A DNA stretch of 64,000 nucleotides from Planctomycetota bacterium (GCA_021818445.1 JAKAEB010000011.1:2269-66268), one strand, 5' to 3'. Counted from the stretch's first letter, positions 28,411 through 38,990 are shown. The notes: generated by a model not told the origin, from the sequence alone. Made by a program: numbers and translations.

Positions 28411-29511
28411 ATGGCGCAAAACATTATATTTTTGATAACTGACCTGGACCTTGGTGGCAGCCCGCTGGTGGTCCGGTCGCTGGTTCGCGGCCTGCGTGCC
28501 GGGGGCCGGTGGAATCCGACGGTAATCAGCATCAAATCGGCGGGGATAGTGGCCAAATGGATACGTGTTGAAGGAACCGAGGTTTTCAGTCTGCACGCGC
28601 GGTCGGTGAAGGATACCGGTGCGGTGCGGCGCTATTGCAGAATCATCAATCATCTCGAGCCGCAGATCATTTTCAGCACGCTGGTCCATGCCAATTTGCT
28701 CGCAACAGTCTGCAAGCGTGTGCTGCCGAGTTGTCGGTATGTGCAGTCAATCCACACCCTGCAGGACAACCCTCGATGGCATTGGTACGCGCAGGGACTC
28801 ATCAGCCGCGCCGCCGATGCCGTCGTTGCTCCATCGCAGGCGGTACTCGACAAAATTGCCGCCCACGGGCACTTTTCGCGCGGGGCGGTAATCGCCAACG
28901 GTGTGGATGTGGAAGTGCTCTCCCATACCGAGCCCGTGCCTGCCGATGAACTGCCGTGGGATGCAGGATCAAAAATCGTGGGATACGTGGGGCGGTTTGA
29001 CCCGGTAAAAAATCTGGATCGGCTTATATTGGAATTTTCCCAGGCGCTGATCGCCGATTACGCTGCCTGGCAGAATGTTCATCTGGCACTGGTCGGCTAT
29101 GGCAAAATTGAGCCGCAACTCAAAAGCCTGGCCAAACAGTACGGAATCCGCTCTCATGTGCATTTTTGCGGTCCCACCGCACAGCCAGCCACATGGATGA
29201 AACGCTTTGATGTGACGGTGATGCCATCGACGGTGGAAGGTTTTGGCCTTACGGTGGTGGAATCGATGGCTTGCGGCGTGCCGGTTGCGGCCTTTGACGC
29301 CCCCGCCATCAATGAGATTATCACCGATGGTGAAACAGGCGTACTGGCCAACCCCCATGAGCCTGGTGCCCTGATGGCGGCCATTTTTAAGCTTTTGCAC
29401 AATCCGGAGGCTTACCGCGACATTCAGAACCGGGGGCGTCAATTGGCGGCAGAGCAGTACACCATTGACCGCATGGTGGCGCGATACGACGACTTACTGG
29501 TAAAATTGTAA
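28411..29511 (+). CDS. glycosyltransferase family 4 (GT-B, RfaG-like)
   Basis: IIFLITDLDLGGSPLVV N-terminal domain; C-terminal EGFGLTVVESMACGVPV GT4 motif. Confidence 0.75.
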   Translation: MAQNIIFLITDLDLGGSPLVVRSLVRGLRAGGRWNPTVISIKSAGIVAKWIRVEGTEVFSLHARSVKDTGAVRRYCRIINHLEPQIIFSTLVHANLLATVCKRVLPSCRYVQSIHTLQDNPRWHWYAQGLISRAADAVVAPSQAVLDKIAAHGHFSRGAVIANGVDVEVLSHTEPVPADELPWDAGSKIVGYVGRFDPVKNLDRLILEFSQALIADYAAWQNVHLALVGYGKIEPQLKSLAKQYGIRSHVHFCGPTAQPATWMKRFDVTVMPSTVEGFGLTVVESMACGVPVAAFDAPAINEIITDGETGVLANPHEPGALMAAIFKLLHNPEAYRDIQNRGRQLAAEQYTIDRMVARYDDLLVKL

Positions 29512-29658
29512 CTTGCGCCAGATTTTTGGGATTTTACACCACCCGGCTACATACACCATTCATGGGCTTATTTTCATAATTCCACCCCACCTTTTGTGGT
29601 TTGGCGGGCTGCTCCTCACCTGCACCGACGACCGGTGAATCAAAATCCCAAAAATTGG

Positions 29659-29692
29659 TTGCAAAGTGTAGAGATGTGGGGCATAATGTGTC
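29659..29692 (+). promoter_or_regulatory. candidate sigma-70-type promoter of mraZ with overlapping MraZ-box-like direct repeats
   Basis: TTGCAA-17 nt-CATAAT, with three GTGNN repeats at about 10-12 nt periodicity (GTGTA 29666, GTGGG 29676, GTGTC 29688) resembling MraZ operator repeats; about 45 nt upstream of mraZ. Confidence 0.35.
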
Positions 29693-29736
29693 GATAGGTT
29701 ATCGAGCAGAAAGTTGTTCTGCGGTGAGAAGGCTGT

Positions 29737-30282
29737 TTGATGTCGTTTTTAAGCCGGTACGACCATACCATAGATTCCAAAAATCGTCTGCTGCTACCGG
29801 CGGCGCATCGGAAGGCCTTGGATGCTCAAAACTTGGGGGCGGCGTTGATCGCCCGGGCCGTTTTGGGCCGCGACCCGGAGTCGGGTTTGAAGTTTCGTTA
29901 TGTGGAGCTTACGCCACAAGCAGTTTATGAGGATTTTTCGGCCGTCGATGCACCCCGAAACAGCTTGTTGATCGACAGTAAGCAGATAGACCAGGCGTAC
30001 CGGGTGTACGGGTCGGCCCACATGATGGAGTTGGATGATGCAGGGCGGATTCTGTTAACGGATCGATTTGTGAATCGAACCGGCAAGGAACCGAATCCGC
30101 GGGGCGAAAAGATGCTTCGTGGTGAAGTAAGCATAGTTGGCATGGGGCAAAGCATTCAATTGTGGAATGCCAACGAATTGTTGTGGTATGACCAGCGCAA
30201 GCTGGAACGGTACCTTGGAGAACCGTTATCGAGTTGGGACAACATTATGGAGGAGAGCGGAGCACCAGATTCTCGGGGGTGA
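29737..30282 (+). CDS. mraZ: division/cell wall cluster transcriptional regulator MraZ
   Basis: Two SpoVT/AbrB-like halves (DSKNRLLLPAAHR and ELDDAGRILL...VSIVGMGQSIQLWN); directly upstream of rsmH. Confidence 0.7.
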   Translation: MMSFLSRYDHTIDSKNRLLLPAAHRKALDAQNLGAALIARAVLGRDPESGLKFRYVELTPQAVYEDFSAVDAPRNSLLIDSKQIDQAYRVYGSAHMMELDDAGRILLTDRFVNRTGKEPNPRGEKMLRGEVSIVGMGQSIQLWNANELLWYDQRKLERYLGEPLSSWDNIMEESGAPDSRG

Positions 30283-30672
30283 GGCAGACATGGATGTTCT
30301 GGCCGCACTTATCGAACCAGCAGCGTCAGGATGATGCTGCCAACCAGGCAGGGATGCCGCAAGGTTTCTATCAGGGCACAGCCGGCCCGGCTGCTCAAGG
30401 AAGAGCAGCCGAGCCAGCCTTGAAAATCCAACGCTGCAATCGCCAGGAAGGCACTTATTGCAGAACCGCCCTGCGGAACACATTGGAAGTGAACCGCAGT
30501 GCACACTGGTGACGGATGCACCGGTGTACAGCCAAGGACGGCCAGGCGGGGGCACGATTTAAGCCAGCCGTGTCTCCGCCGCTTTTGATATTTTACCACG
30601 CTGGTTGGCGTTTTGCACCCCCGCTGCGGGGATGCCCAGCGTGTTGCGGTTGAACCGCTGAAGCATTCGGCT

Positions 30673-31602
30673 ATGGATAATCCCGATCATGGCCACCAAC
30701 CCGTCCTGCTTACGGAAACGGTCACCCTCCTCAACATTGAGGAATCCAGTACCGTTGTCGATTGCACAACCGGACGCGGCGGCCATGCCCAAGCCATCGG
30801 GCAGAAACTTGGCCCTTCCGGCAACCTTATCTGTATCGACACAGACGACCGAAATCTTCACTATGCCAAGAGCAGGCTCGCGGATTTGCCCTGCAAACGG
30901 CGGTTCTTTCATGCCAATTTCAGTCAGATTCAGGAAATATTACGGACGGCTGGAATTGCTCGCGTTGATGCCATCCTTGCCGATCTCGGTGTTTCGACCA
31001 ATCAGCTTATCACGGGAGACTACGGGTTGAGCTTCAGTAATGAATCACCTTTAGATATGCGGCTTGATCAGCGATCCCATTCCACTGCCGCCCATCTGGT
31101 CAATCGCCTGGCCGAACACGACCTTGCCGACATATTGTTTCGCAATGCCGATGAGCGGTATTCGCGGCGGATTGCCCGCGCCATCGTGGAAGCGCGGAAG
31201 CGTAAGCCGATCGAAACCACCGGCGAGTTGGCGCAGATTGTGCGATCGGCCGTAAAAGGAGCTTCGCGCGATGCCATCGATTCTGCCACCCGCACCTTTC
31301 AAGCGCTGCGAATGGAAGTGAATCAGGAATTGCCCGCCCTCAGTGCCCTGCTTTCGTCCGTTGTCGCGCTTCAACAGCCGGGCATGCGGCTTGGTGTGAT
31401 CAGCTTTCATTCCGGCGAGGATCGGATCGTGAAGCAGGCGATGCGTCAATGGCAAGCGGACGACTTGGGCGTTGTGCTGACAAAAAAACCGATTGCGCCG
31501 ACCGATGCTGAAATTTATGCCAACCCCCGCAGTCGAAGTGCCAAGCTCAGGGGGTTTGAATTCAGGGCCGGGGGCGACGCGACTTCGGCAGTGCGGCAAT
31601 AG
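30673..31602 (+). CDS. rsmH: 16S rRNA (cytosine1402-N4)-methyltransferase RsmH (MraW)
   Basis: HQPVLLTETVTLLN...VVDCTTGRGGHAQAI and FHSGEDRIVKQ motifs. The start was moved to the internal Met (MDNPDHGHQPVLL). Confidence 0.85.
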   Translation: MDNPDHGHQPVLLTETVTLLNIEESSTVVDCTTGRGGHAQAIGQKLGPSGNLICIDTDDRNLHYAKSRLADLPCKRRFFHANFSQIQEILRTAGIARVDAILADLGVSTNQLITGDYGLSFSNESPLDMRLDQRSHSTAAHLVNRLAEHDLADILFRNADERYSRRIARAIVEARKRKPIETTGELAQIVRSAVKGASRDAIDSATRTFQALRMEVNQELPALSALLSSVVALQQPGMRLGVISFHSGEDRIVKQAMRQWQADDLGVVLTKKPIAPTDAEIYANPRSRSAKLRGFEFRAGGDATSAVRQ

Positions 31603-31678
31603 CGCATGGATATGTAATAGTGCGGATGGTGCGGCGTTGAGCCATCTGAACCAATGGTTTTTTACGGGAGGTTCAAGG

Positions 31679-32521
31679 ATGAACCGCGAAACAAAAGTTG
31701 GTCTTATTACCGGGTTGGCCATCATTGTGATGGTGGGCATGCTGCTTTCAAGCTATCTTAATCGGCAGGCAAGTTCCATCAAGATGGCGAGTTTGTCCAA
31801 TTTGGGATCCACCCTGCGGCATTCTTTGCTTCGCCCGGTGTCGGATCAAACCATCCCGGTACCGAATGTGGCCCCCAAAGGTGCACCGGTTGCTGCCACC
31901 ACTCCGCCGGCCAATCCGGCATCCGGTACGGTGACGTCGGCGGGGCATACGCCGACCAGGCAAAACCAGTCCGCAGCCGTGCTAAGCATGCCCCAATATC
32001 CGTCGGCACCTGTGGTTACATTTCCAACCGCGACATCACCGCACCTTGCGGCCGTCCCCGCCGCCGGCACGATGCAGTTGCAAAATGCGGTGCAGAGCCA
32101 GCCTGCCAACGCACCGGGCGGCCAGACCACCTATACCGTGGTTGCCAATGACACGCTTACCCGCATCGCCCAGCATTTTTACCATGATGGTGGACCGGTG
32201 GCGATCGAGCGCATCATCCGCGCCAACCCGGGTAAATTATCCAGCGTTCGCAGCATGTTGCGGATCGGAGAAAAGTTGAATATTCCCTCGGCGGCCAATC
32301 GTGTCTCTATGCCGCAGATGATGGCGGTGACCAACTCGGGCACCACCAGCAATACGCCCCCGACACACGCGTACCGGGTAAAACCGGGGGATACGCTTTA
32401 TCGCATTGCGCTGGTCACCATGGGCGCTGCCAACATGCACAATATTGATGCCATCAAAAAGGCAAACGGCATAACCAATGACCGCGATTTGCGCGTGGGC
32501 GAAAAGCTGAATATCCCCTGA
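31679..32521 (+). CDS. LysM-domain membrane protein (N-terminal TM anchor, Pro/Ala/Thr-rich linker, two C-terminal LysM repeats); occupies the position usually held by ftsL
   Basis: TM helix VGLITGLAIIVMVGMLLSS; LysM motifs YTVVANDTLTRIAQHFY and YRVKPGDTLYRIAL...VGEKLNIP. GGAGG RBS upstream of the ATG at 31679. Confidence 0.65.
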   Translation: MNRETKVGLITGLAIIVMVGMLLSSYLNRQASSIKMASLSNLGSTLRHSLLRPVSDQTIPVPNVAPKGAPVAATTPPANPASGTVTSAGHTPTRQNQSAAVLSMPQYPSAPVVTFPTATSPHLAAVPAAGTMQLQNAVQSQPANAPGGQTTYTVVANDTLTRIAQHFYHDGGPVAIERIIRANPGKLSSVRSMLRIGEKLNIPSAANRVSMPQMMAVTNSGTTSNTPPTHAYRVKPGDTLYRIALVTMGAANMHNIDAIKKANGITNDRDLRVGEKLNIP

Positions 32522-32610
32522 ATCGTCCGGCCGGGCATGGCAATTCCCTCAAGTTTGACACGTGTCCGCATGCGCACCGACTTGCGAAGCGTCGGCATCC
32601 AGCCTATGTT

Positions 32611-33330
32611 TTGGTCATGGACAAAAGTAAATCAACAGTCGATGAAATTCGTAACCGCTTTGACCATGAGGTGGAGCGCTTTTCCAATCTTGAAACCGGG
32701 CAGTCCGCAACTATGGACGCGGCGCTGGTGCTGGATATTATTCAGCAGTCGGCCGCCCGGCTGTGTCCCCACGCCCGGGCCATGCTGGATATTGGCTGCG
32801 GGGCAGGCAATTTTACATTAAAACTTCTCCAGGCGCTGCCAAACATGGATTGCACGCTGATTGATTTAAGCCAACGCATGCTTGACCGTGCGGCCCAGCG
32901 CGTCGGCGGTGCCACGCGCGGTGTGGTTACCTGCCATCAGACCGATGTGCGGGATTACCATCCACCGACCAGCGCATTTGATATCGTTACCGCCGCGGCC
33001 GTGCTGCACCATTTACGCACGGAGGCGGAGTGGCGGCAGGTTTTTCAAAGCATCTTTTCAGCACTGCGCCCGGGCGGGTCGCTGTGGGTGTGGGATATGA
33101 TTCAGCACGATACCCCGGCCATTGAAGCCGTCATGCAGGATCGTTTTCACCATCACCTGGTAAGCCTTGAGGGCGAAACATACCGTGATAAGGTTTTGGC
33201 GTACATCGAGCGGGAAGATACCGCCACCAGCCTGAACTTTCAGGTGGATGTGGCCAAGGCGGCCGGTTTTAACCGTGTTGAAATCCTGCACAAAACCGCC
33301 ATATTTGCGGCCTATGTCGCCATCAAATAG
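32611..33330 (+). CDS. class I SAM-dependent methyltransferase
   Basis: LDIGCGAGNFTLKLL motif I and downstream motifs (ALRPGGSLWVWD). Confidence 0.7.
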   Translation: MVMDKSKSTVDEIRNRFDHEVERFSNLETGQSATMDAALVLDIIQQSAARLCPHARAMLDIGCGAGNFTLKLLQALPNMDCTLIDLSQRMLDRAAQRVGGATRGVVTCHQTDVRDYHPPTSAFDIVTAAAVLHHLRTEAEWRQVFQSIFSALRPGGSLWVWDMIQHDTPAIEAVMQDRFHHHLVSLEGETYRDKVLAYIEREDTATSLNFQVDVAKAAGFNRVEILHKTAIFAAYVAIK

Positions 33331-33355
33331 CCGGCCCAGTCGGCCCGGCAGCCGA

Positions 33356-34141
33356 TCAGAGCTTGTTCATCAGGTTTTTAACCGATGACGCCCCGGGGAT
33401 GTTGCCAGCTTCAAACTTGGCCGCCAGCGTTTCAATGTCAGATAGCGATTTGATGCTTCCATTGGAAAGCCCCGTCTGCACCTGCTGCAGAAATTGCGTC
33501 GCCTTGCCCAAGCCTGCGGTGAGCGATTGGAGTTTGGTTTGAGCGGTCGCGGCGTCGGGGTAGATGGCTGAAACGGTTTTTTGCAGGTCGATCTTCCATG
33601 AGCTGCCGACTTTGGACAAAAAGAGTTTCGAGAGGTTTTTACCCTGATTGACCACGGCGGACTGGCCGTTGACGACCACGGAGGAATTTTTCAAACTCTC
33701 CAGCGTGGGCATAATGCCGCCTGTGGGGGCGATTTTGCGGACCATCGCGCTGATGGTTGAGGCAGGGGCATTAAATTTAATACTTTTTTCCACCGTATTT
33801 TTCAGCGAAGAGAGCTTCGCTTCAGCGCTGACGAGGGCCTTTTGGGCTGGTGAACTGGTGGTAAAGACGGATTTTATGGCCGACGCCTTGCCGGACTTAA
33901 ACGCCGAAACAATGCCTGAGAGGGCATTTTCCGCCGAAGTGGTCATGGACGTAGCGGTACCTGAAGTAGCCCCCCCACCACTGCTGGTGGCGGCGTTTTT
34001 AGAACTTGATTTTGAGCAGCCGGCAAGAAGCAAAACGGCGGCGGTAAGGGTAATGGCGATACGTTTCATGGCAAATCCTTCCAAAGTAATAATCCAATGA
34101 TGGCACGTCGTCCCAACGGCCATAGGTAATATATCCGGCAA
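33356..34141 (-). CDS. hypothetical lipoprotein, Ser/Thr-rich
   Basis: Signal peptide with lipobox (LLLAGCSKSS) followed by an S/T/G-rich low-complexity region. Confidence 0.45.
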   Translation of the reverse strand: MPDILPMAVGTTCHHWIITLEGFAMKRIAITLTAAVLLLAGCSKSSSKNAATSSGGGATSGTATSMTTSAENALSGIVSAFKSGKASAIKSVFTTSSPAQKALVSAEAKLSSLKNTVEKSIKFNAPASTISAMVRKIAPTGGIMPTLESLKNSSVVVNGQSAVVNQGKNLSKLFLSKVGSSWKIDLQKTVSAIYPDAATAQTKLQSLTAGLGKATQFLQQVQTGLSNGSIKSLSDIETLAAKFEAGNIPGASSVKNLMNKL

Positions 34142-34277
34142 CGCATTTGACTGCGAGGGTTAAATGTTGATACTTATGGGTGTGGCGTTGCCTTTGGCGG
34201 CCACGGGGATGGCGCTGGATTGCAGCGGCATGGGGGTAGGAGATACGGCAGGGGAAGAGATGCAGCGCGAAATTGAT

Positions 34278-34351
<74 letters not shown>

Positions 34352-34367
34352 ATTCCTTACATGACAG

Positions 34368-34397
34368 GGACTTGCAGTAATGCAAGTCCTTTTTTTT
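34368..34397 (+). terminator. rho-independent terminator after tRNA-fMet
   Basis: GGACTTGCA-GTAA-TGCAAGTCC perfect 9-bp hairpin followed by T8. Confidence 0.6.
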
Positions 34398-34650
34398 GTG
34401 GACCCAGATGGATGCGGCACCTGGAAAGGTAACGTTTCGGTCATACGCCTACCCACGGTGGGTTGCCCCTTAAAAAAAGTACATCAAATGGCAAGCGTCA
34501 GGTTACGCCGCCTTTTTTTACGCCGTCCACAAATTTTGATGGTACCCCCCGATTTGCGATCAGCCAAGTGGCTCGGCCTCCTCCAGCATGGACGACAGGT
34601 AGCCGCGTTTGCGTCCGCCAGGGGTGTGGTTAGCATACGCCTTGGTATTT

Positions 34651-36627
34651 ATGAGCCGTCAATACTACCACGACTCGATCAGCAGGTTCCTGGAGCGGGA
34701 AAGCGACCATATTCTCGGCGTCCTTTGTGCCGCCAGCGAGTTCCCCATCACCCAGACCCAGCGTGACGCCTGGCTGGCGGAAATTGAGGTTATCAAAACG
34801 GCGTTGACGGCTTTCCTTGGTCGCGGCAGCGTTTACCTTGAATATTCCGTTCCACGCCTTGGACGGCGGATCGACGTCGTGCTTTTAATTGACCACGTAT
34901 TGTTCATTCTGGAATTCAAGATAGGGGCGGACACCTTCTCGGCGGCAGCGATCGAACAAGTGTGCGATTACGCCTTGGACATGAAAAATTTCCATGAACC
35001 ATCCCATGGCATTGCCATTGTCCCGGTTCTGGTGGCAACCAACGCGGCCGGCGGTAATCACCAGGTGCTTCCGCACGGCGGCGACGGACTTTACCAACCG
35101 ATATGCAGTACGCCTGATCTCTTGCAAAAAACCATCAATGATTGCCTTTCGACAATCGCCGGTGAGCGCATCGCCCCCGAAACATGGGAGGCCGGTAGGT
35201 ACAATCCGACGCCGACAATTGTCGAAGCCGCACAGGCGCTTTACGCCAACCACGGAGTGGCGGAAATTTCCCGCAGCGACGCGGCCGCGACAAACCTAAG
35301 GGCAACCAGCGATCGCATAGCCGCAATTATTAACGACGCGATGGAGCAACGCCGAAAGGCGATTTGCCTCCTGACCGGCGTGCCGGGTGCCGGCAAGACG
35401 TTGGTAGGGCTGAATATAGCGGCGGCGCATACGAGCGTTCAGATGGATTTGCACAGCGTTTACCTTTCCGGCAATGGGCCTCTGGTTGCCGTCCTGCGTG
35501 AGGCCTTGGCCCGGGATAAGGTAAGGCGCGAGCGAGAACTTCAGAGAACCGTTCGCATTTCGGCGGCGCGCAGCGAGGTGAAGCAGTTTATACAAAACGT
35601 TCATCACTTCAGGGACGAATGCCTGCGCGACACGCGGCCCCCGATAGAACATGTAGCGCTATTTGACGAGGCGCAGCGTGCTTGGAATCTGGAACAAACG
35701 AAGCGGTTTATGCGAGAAAAGCGGAAGCAGACGAAATTTGAGCTTTCCGAGCCTGAATTTTTGATATCCTGCATGGACCGCCACCAAGATTGGGCGGCCG
35801 TCGTTTGCCTGATTGGCGGTGGGCAGGAGATAAACACTGGTGAGGCTGGCGTTGGAGAATGGGTTAACGCGCTGCTGGGCCGCTTCATAAACTGGGACGT
35901 CTACATGTCGCCGCGGTTGTGCGATGCCGATTACCTACCGCGCGACATGGCGGAGCAGCTTGTGCAACGACCCGGTGCGTACATGCACGAGGACCTGCAT
36001 CTTTCAGTCTCGATGCGTTCGTTTCGGGCGGAAAATCTCTCACTGTTGGTTCAGCAACTGCTGGATTTGGATGAGGGCGGGGCGCGTGCTACGCACGACT
36101 CCCTCGCAAGCCGTTACCCCATACGCATATCTCGCGACCTCGCCGCAGCCAAGCAATGGATTCGACGGCAGGCACGGGGTACCGAGCGGTACGGTTTGCT
36201 TGCGTCCTCGCGCGCCCTGCGCTTAAAACCCGAGGCTGTGGATATTCGCACCGCCGTCGACCCGGTGCAGTGGTTCCTAAACGATCGCAACGATACACGG
36301 TCGAGCTACTATTTGGAGGACGCAGCGACCGAGTATAAAACCCAAGGGCTGGAACTGGATTGGGCCTGCGTGGCATGGGACGCAGACTTCCGGCGCAGTG
36401 GCAACCATTGGGAATCTTGGTCGTTCAGGGGCGAAAAATGGGCTCGCATCCGCAAACCGGAGCGGCAGCGTTACCAGAAAAACGCCTACCGGGTACTGCT
36501 TACCCGCGCAAGGCAAGGGATGGTGATCGTTGTGCCGCGGGGCAACCCGGATGACCACACCCGGCTGCCATCATATTACGACCCGATCTATGAATACCTC
36601 AGGCGCATTGGAATTACGGAAATATAG
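34651..36627 (+). CDS. DUF2075-type protein: N-terminal PD-(D/E)xK-like nuclease module fused to P-loop ATPase / SF1-like helicase core (candidate single-gene antiphage defence protein)
   Basis: RIDVVLLIDHVLFILEFK (D...ExK nuclease-like), Walker A LLTGVPGAGKTLVG, Walker B ALFDEAQRAW, C-terminal LLTRARQGMVIVV (helicase motif VI-like). The start was taken at MSRQYY; the ORF begins at 34609. Confidence 0.65.
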   Translation: MSRQYYHDSISRFLERESDHILGVLCAASEFPITQTQRDAWLAEIEVIKTALTAFLGRGSVYLEYSVPRLGRRIDVVLLIDHVLFILEFKIGADTFSAAAIEQVCDYALDMKNFHEPSHGIAIVPVLVATNAAGGNHQVLPHGGDGLYQPICSTPDLLQKTINDCLSTIAGERIAPETWEAGRYNPTPTIVEAAQALYANHGVAEISRSDAAATNLRATSDRIAAIINDAMEQRRKAICLLTGVPGAGKTLVGLNIAAAHTSVQMDLHSVYLSGNGPLVAVLREALARDKVRRERELQRTVRISAARSEVKQFIQNVHHFRDECLRDTRPPIEHVALFDEAQRAWNLEQTKRFMREKRKQTKFELSEPEFLISCMDRHQDWAAVVCLIGGGQEINTGEAGVGEWVNALLGRFINWDVYMSPRLCDADYLPRDMAEQLVQRPGAYMHEDLHLSVSMRSFRAENLSLLVQQLLDLDEGGARATHDSLASRYPIRISRDLAAAKQWIRRQARGTERYGLLASSRALRLKPEAVDIRTAVDPVQWFLNDRNDTRSSYYLEDAATEYKTQGLELDWACVAWDADFRRSGNHWESWSFRGEKWARIRKPERQRYQKNAYRVLLTRARQGMVIVVPRGNPDDHTRLPSYYDPIYEYLRRIGITEI

Positions 36628-36923
36628 TGCCCCTTGGTTTGTTGCGGGTGGGTGCCAGGGCGTTTGTATCCGCAAGTCCGGTGGTGCGTGCAAAAGAAGC
36701 GTGTGAGTCTGCCAAAGCGCAAAGTGCTAACGGTTTTACGCGATATATCTCTGCTGCGGCCAGGAGCGGGCGGTTTAGCCGCGGTTAAACGAAAATGGCG
36801 AAAGTTGGTGTAAAATCATATATTAATGTTGAGTGCTGCTTCGGAGGTTTGCATGTCGCGGCAACCGCGCAGCGCGGATGCAGGTAGGTTTCGCAGCACC
36901 CGCCGAATGTCTGCCAAATTAAG

Positions 36924-37652
36924 ATGGAGCCGACAGTGATTCACATCGCTACCGAATTGGCCACGTTGGTACCGGCCGCCCCGTCACCAGTGCCCGATAC
37001 CCACTATATCCATTACCTTACGAACCAAGTTGAGTGGTTCTACGGGGAAATGTTCATCGGCATGACGGTTCTTTATGCCTTCGTCGCCGCAGTTTTTGGC
37101 TATTTCATACCTCGGCACAACCTCAAAGCACTGCACGAAAGGATTGACACTGATGCGGCATCAATCAAACAAGTTATCGAGCAACAGCAAGCGGCCATGG
37201 AGAGGGTCCGGCAGGAAACACAGCGGGAGCTTGGGAAAATCCACCACTTCGCCGGTGGTACGCTGCTCCTCGCCAGGGGCCTAAACATCTTTTTGAGCGG
37301 ACTTCTTCCCTCGCGGCCCGTCCAGGGTGGCGTGGATGAGGGAGGCAAAAAAAAGGGCACCATTATTCTGTCCGCCATCGAGCTGCTCGGGGCGTGCCAC
37401 CTGTTTTTTCTTGCCGAGGATTTTCAGATTTCCCTTAATACGATGTCGGAAGCGATCACCGCTTTGCGAGCGTTCGGGGACCCCCCGTCGTTCCTGCTGG
37501 ACCAAAGGCTCCGCAACAGCATCCGCCAAGTACAGGAGGACTTCGCCAAGCTGCGGGCGGACCACGCCGATGTCGTGGAAGCTGCGCAGGCGGTCAAGGA
37601 GCACCTGAGGGATCCGCACCTTCAATGGTTTTTGGACCTGCCGGCCCAATGA
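36924..37652 (+). CDS. hypothetical membrane protein (242 aa) with coiled-coil segment
   Basis: TM helix MFIGMTVLYAFVAAVFGYFI, a second hydrophobic segment ILSAIELLGACHLFFLA, and a helical Gln/Glu-rich region; co-directional with and downstream of the DUF2075 gene. Confidence 0.4.
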   Translation: MEPTVIHIATELATLVPAAPSPVPDTHYIHYLTNQVEWFYGEMFIGMTVLYAFVAAVFGYFIPRHNLKALHERIDTDAASIKQVIEQQQAAMERVRQETQRELGKIHHFAGGTLLLARGLNIFLSGLLPSRPVQGGVDEGGKKKGTIILSAIELLGACHLFFLAEDFQISLNTMSEAITALRAFGDPPSFLLDQRLRNSIRQVQEDFAKLRADHADVVEAAQAVKEHLRDPHLQWFLDLPAQ

Positions 37653-37751
37653 TTCGCTTGGCGTTTTTGCTCGCCGCTGATGGATGCCGCTCTGGCGGGC
37701 CTGCGGCCCCGTTGCGGCGTTACCCCGGTTGCCAATATCAGAATAGAGTTA

Positions 37752-37940
37752 GTGGCCGCTGCCGGGCGGTCATGATGATGGGCACCTGCGGGCAGCCGCG
37801 TCACTCGGCGGTTTTAATGGATGCGGTATTGGCGGCCTTAGGCCACGTGCAGCAGACGGTTGATGTCTTCGCCATTCTTCCAGCGCTTATAAATCATTAA
37901 TGATTGCTCAATAACTGGAAAGGCATATTCACCGGGCATA
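37752..37940. repeat. direct repeat L (about 190 bp, about 93% identical to 41224..41412); carries a duplicated ppa 3' end and terminator, a candidate attL
   Basis: Nucleotide alignment to the region spanning the ppa stop codon: about 85 nt of downstream hairpin sequence plus about 105 nt encoding the last 33 codons of Ppa. Confidence 0.7.
37838..37939 (-). pseudogene. ppa: inorganic pyrophosphatase C-terminal fragment (33 codons plus stop), a remnant duplicate of the ppa 3' end
   Basis: Minus-strand translation MPGEYAFPVIEQSLMIYKRWKNGEDINRLLHVA* matches the C-terminus of intact ppa at 41310..41412; no upstream ppa sequence. Confidence 0.6.
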
Positions 37941-37963
37941 CACCACCCTACCCCCCGCGGGCG

Positions 37964-38794
37964 TCATGGGGCCACAAAAACCAGCCGGCCGTTGCGCAGC
38001 CTTGGCTGCGGCGGGTACGAGGCGCTGGCGCTTATTTGCAGGTAGGTGACCGTCTCATACTCGTGTGAGGGGGGCTTGGTTCCCTGTGGCAGGTCCGAAA
38101 GAATCGGGTTATTCGTCGGATTGCCAAGGAGCAAGGGCATCTGTGTGAGCATGCTGCCGCCCCAGGATTTGTCAAAAACGGGAATCGCCTGCACCTTTCC
38201 CTGCCACGCCGCCGGGTAAAGTCCCCGCATTGCCCGAGTGTTCAAGGCGAAATTGCCGTCACTGGAAAAAATGGCCGATCCATCCTTATTAGGCTTGGCC
38301 CGATACGGGCACCTCATGAATGTTTCCACGGTGCCGCGGTTGGATCGCCAGCGTGCATCAGTCAGGATGGACGGATAGCGGCGGCTTGGTGCCACAATCG
38401 TGATGATCGCGCCGCTTCTAACCTGAGTGCTGCTGAGGTTTAGCACAGAGATCGGGCCCTTGGAGGCATGGGAATTCCAAGTTTCCTGCCAGACAGTCAT
38501 GAAGCATTTGCGATGTGGTTTCATGGTGATCCGGAAGCACGCCACGTGGGACGCGATTCCCATCGTTTTAAGAACCTGCTCGGCCGCAGGCGGTAGCGGG
38601 TGCCACCAGAGGCGGTAGCCCGGCCCGGTCATAACCAACTTGTCGCCGGGATCCGGCCGATTTGCCCAAACACAGAGGCCGGCCACGGATGCTATCACCA
38701 CCACCACTGCCGTGATGCCGACGGCGGAACCGACGGCAACCAGCTTTTTTCTTTGGTGAAGATGCGTTAGAAAGCCGACCATTTGGCACCCCAA
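37964..38794 (-). CDS. hypothetical membrane-anchored protein (276 aa) within the R-M island
   Basis: N-terminal TM helix (VAVGSAVGITAVVVVIASVAGLCVW); no recognisable domain; lies between the left direct repeat and the R-M genes. Confidence 0.4.
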   Translation of the reverse strand: MGCQMVGFLTHLHQRKKLVAVGSAVGITAVVVVIASVAGLCVWANRPDPGDKLVMTGPGYRLWWHPLPPAAEQVLKTMGIASHVACFRITMKPHRKCFMTVWQETWNSHASKGPISVLNLSSTQVRSGAIITIVAPSRRYPSILTDARWRSNRGTVETFMRCPYRAKPNKDGSAIFSSDGNFALNTRAMRGLYPAAWQGKVQAIPVFDKSWGGSMLTQMPLLLGNPTNNPILSDLPQGTKPPSHEYETVTYLQISASASYPPQPRLRNGRLVFVAP

Positions 38795-38990
38795 GAGACA
38801 TTGCTACCATTCATCGGGATGGTAACGCGCTGGGGGAATGCTGCCAAATTGATGGGATGGACGCTATGCCTCGCGGGAGGAGTCTGACGCTTAATAAACA
38901 ACCGTTGCCCATCCGTGAGGCCATTGAGGTAGGAATTTCTTTTCACACGATAATTATATTTTATTAAATTATCAGACAGCCGCTGAATGG

